Shown here piece after piece: positions 62,501 through 64,000 of a stretch of DNA of 64,000 nt; within the stretch, counting starts at the first letter, position 1; every line of letters begins with the position of its first letter. The notes beneath the pieces were generated by a model. It saw only the letters and a program-made list of their open reading frames with translations. It did not search any database and was not told where the DNA came from. The translations under genes were made by a program, and so were the position numbers. This DNA comes from Mytilus californianus (taxonomy: Eukaryota), in contig NW_026262582.1 of NCBI RefSeq assembly GCF_021869535.1, positions 73,222,001 to 73,286,000 of the forward strand, given 5' to 3'.

Positions 62501-63545
62501 CATATTATTGAATAAAGTAACAAACAAGTGCATTAATATATGTTAGTTATAGTTACATTTAGATCATGTCGTCTGTAATTTATGATTTTTGTATTAACAA
62601 AATAACTTAAGGAAGTTCGCTACTCAGTTTCAAAATAACAAGCTTTTCATAACACTAGTATATATTGATAGGGCATTAATAAAGGAACCAAAAGAGCGGA
62701 AAAAAAGTATAGGTCCGTGTGCTTGTTTTCGAGATATTAGCCATTGAAATTTTGGCGGGAAAATGTTCTCTCTTGATTTTTCATAGCTTTATCATTGACA
62801 AGTTTAAGTTGTCAAAAACTTTTAAAAAATAACAAAGATTTTATAAGACTTTTACAGATGGCTTATAATTATACATGTAAAAGATTTATAAAAAGAAAAA
62901 TGGGGGTTAGTGGGCAAATTTTTTTAAGGCATTCAAATGGATAAATCCAGAGGATTCCGAAAATCTGACAAAAAGTCAGAAACAAGAGTAGCAAACATCC
63001 TTAAGTTAATCCCCTTCTTTCATGTTTACTACTTTTATTTTTAGCAAGTTTCAAGTGTTTTAGTGCTTTATAGCATTAAAATTTTAATTGGCTACAGATG
63101 AAATGTCCCAGAACTAAGAAATTCGACGATTCAACGATTTCTATGAAGGGGTTGCACGTTCAGACATAAGCGATCCGTTCAATATGCCTATTACATAGTT
63201 TATACTTGGAATTGTCTTAGACATAAACACTTATCTTAACATTTAAGTCAGAAAAATAAAGATTGCAGTTTAACACTAGTGTCTTACTTTCATTTCATAG
63301 GTGTGCACTACTATATTGGTGGACGTGACATTAATAGATATAAGCCCGGTGGTGATTGGAGATGGATCAAGAAAAACGGAGAAATGGTCAAGATGCCATA
63401 CTTTGCTTTTGATAATGGAGAACCAAATGGAACATTCAAGTCGGCACAAGATTGTATGTTCTTCTATGCTTCTAGAGGATATAAGTTCCATTCTGTTTGG
63501 TGTGCAAACGGAGGCTCGCTTGGAGGTTATATTTGCGAGAAATAA
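59506..63545 (+). CDS. Secreted single-domain C-type lectin (perlucin-like), copy C, EPN motif; exons 59506-59566, 60448-60530, 62376-62469, 63301-63545 (160 aa)
   Basis: MFTIYCLFILCGLVLVYCHA|DACSYPYRRVGKGCYLIQKDNISGDAAF|AKCLRRGAYLANFETLNEAMLMKYELLKMNT|GVHYYIGGRDINRYKPGGDWRWIKKNGEMVKMPYFAFDNGEPNGTFKSAQDCMFFYASRGYKFHSVWCANGGSLGGYICEK*; Kozak-like CCGCCATG, GT-AG introns. Confidence 0.93.
59827..60360 (+). mobile_element. Penelope-like terminal segment inserted in intron 1 of lectin C
   Basis: Reverse complement of 23470-24015; the paralogous intron of copy B (49195-49225) lacks it. Confidence 0.85.
60979..61020 (+). ncRNA. Hammerhead motif (family 1) in intron 2 of lectin C, sense strand; core intact, stem I weakened
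   Basis: cgtca CTGATGA GTC ttttgtc GAC GAAA cgcgcg TC tagct; stem I cgtca/tagct has two mismatches. Confidence 0.65.
61463..61790 (+). mobile_element. SINE-like dispersed repeat in intron 2 of lectin C
   Basis: gaaatgtggtatgatt.ccaatgagacaact..cagtacggccttc..gaaaactaacggcc..cgacaaccactgaa..ggcggggttaaac; a shorter copy lies at 50135-50370 in copy B. Confidence 0.75.
62611..63001. mobile_element. TTAA-flanked MITE (Kolobok-like) in intron 3 of lectin C
   Basis: TTAA|GGAAGTTCGCTACTC...GAGTAGCAAACATCC|TTAA (13/15); copy B intron 3 has the empty site aacttaatcccc at about 50708. Confidence 0.8.
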
Positions 63546-64000
63546 AGCATGACTACCACTTTGACAAATGTTACTTTTTAATTAGTGCATTGATTATACA
63601 TGTAGATTAGTTCTGGAAAGTTCTTTCCGGGAAAATTTACGTTGACCTATATTTTGGTTTAATCCGTTTTGGTATCTATCATATATCTTTCCACATTTCT
63701 GAGAACGAAACTATTGTTTTTGAATAAACTAATGACGTCGTCTGATGAACAGGTTTAGATAGATTGATAGATAACTCTCTAAAAATTGAGTACAAGTTCA
63801 CAGAGAAACATACGATATCAAAAACAACAATAAAATAAAGTTAAAGATAAAGGTAAACAAATGCAGTGGGTTAATGTTCTGTACGATCCCGGAATTGACA
63901 GTTAGTTTAACCGGTTGAATCCAAACATGCATTGAAAATAAACACAAAGTTCTCCAATCACATCTTTATTGGATGTCAATAGGTAAAAACTACGAAAGAC

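Overview
AT-rich, intron-containing eukaryotic DNA. The repeat content and gene types suggest a bivalve mollusc, probably Mytilus; this is an inference, not a database match. The window is a tandem cluster of 4-exon genes for secreted single-domain C-type lectins (perlucin-like CTLD). Three copies look intact (3815-5861, EPD motif; 48602-51188, EPN; 59506-63545, EPN), and six more loci are pseudogenes or solo-exon relics on both strands. It also holds one symmetric phase-1 exon for an unusually cationic VWA domain with intact MIDAS (33054-33599, minus). Two long colinear paralogous blocks (about 0.5-14.9 kb and 22.9-43.5 kb) account for much of the layout. Intergenic and intronic DNA is full of Penelope-like RT relics, a Tx1/L1-type LINE with a nested tRNA-SINE, TTAA-flanked and CACTA-like MITEs, micro/minisatellites and one 286-N gap. 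The least obvious signal is about ten minimal type-I hammerhead ribozyme motifs in three sequence families. Several have intact catalytic cores, and two lie in sense orientation in intron 2 of intact lectin genes. The lectin paralogs look mosaic: exon 4 (ligand-binding half) plus 3' flank follows a different genealogy from exons 1-3. All coordinates were hand-indexed; repeat boundaries are approximate.
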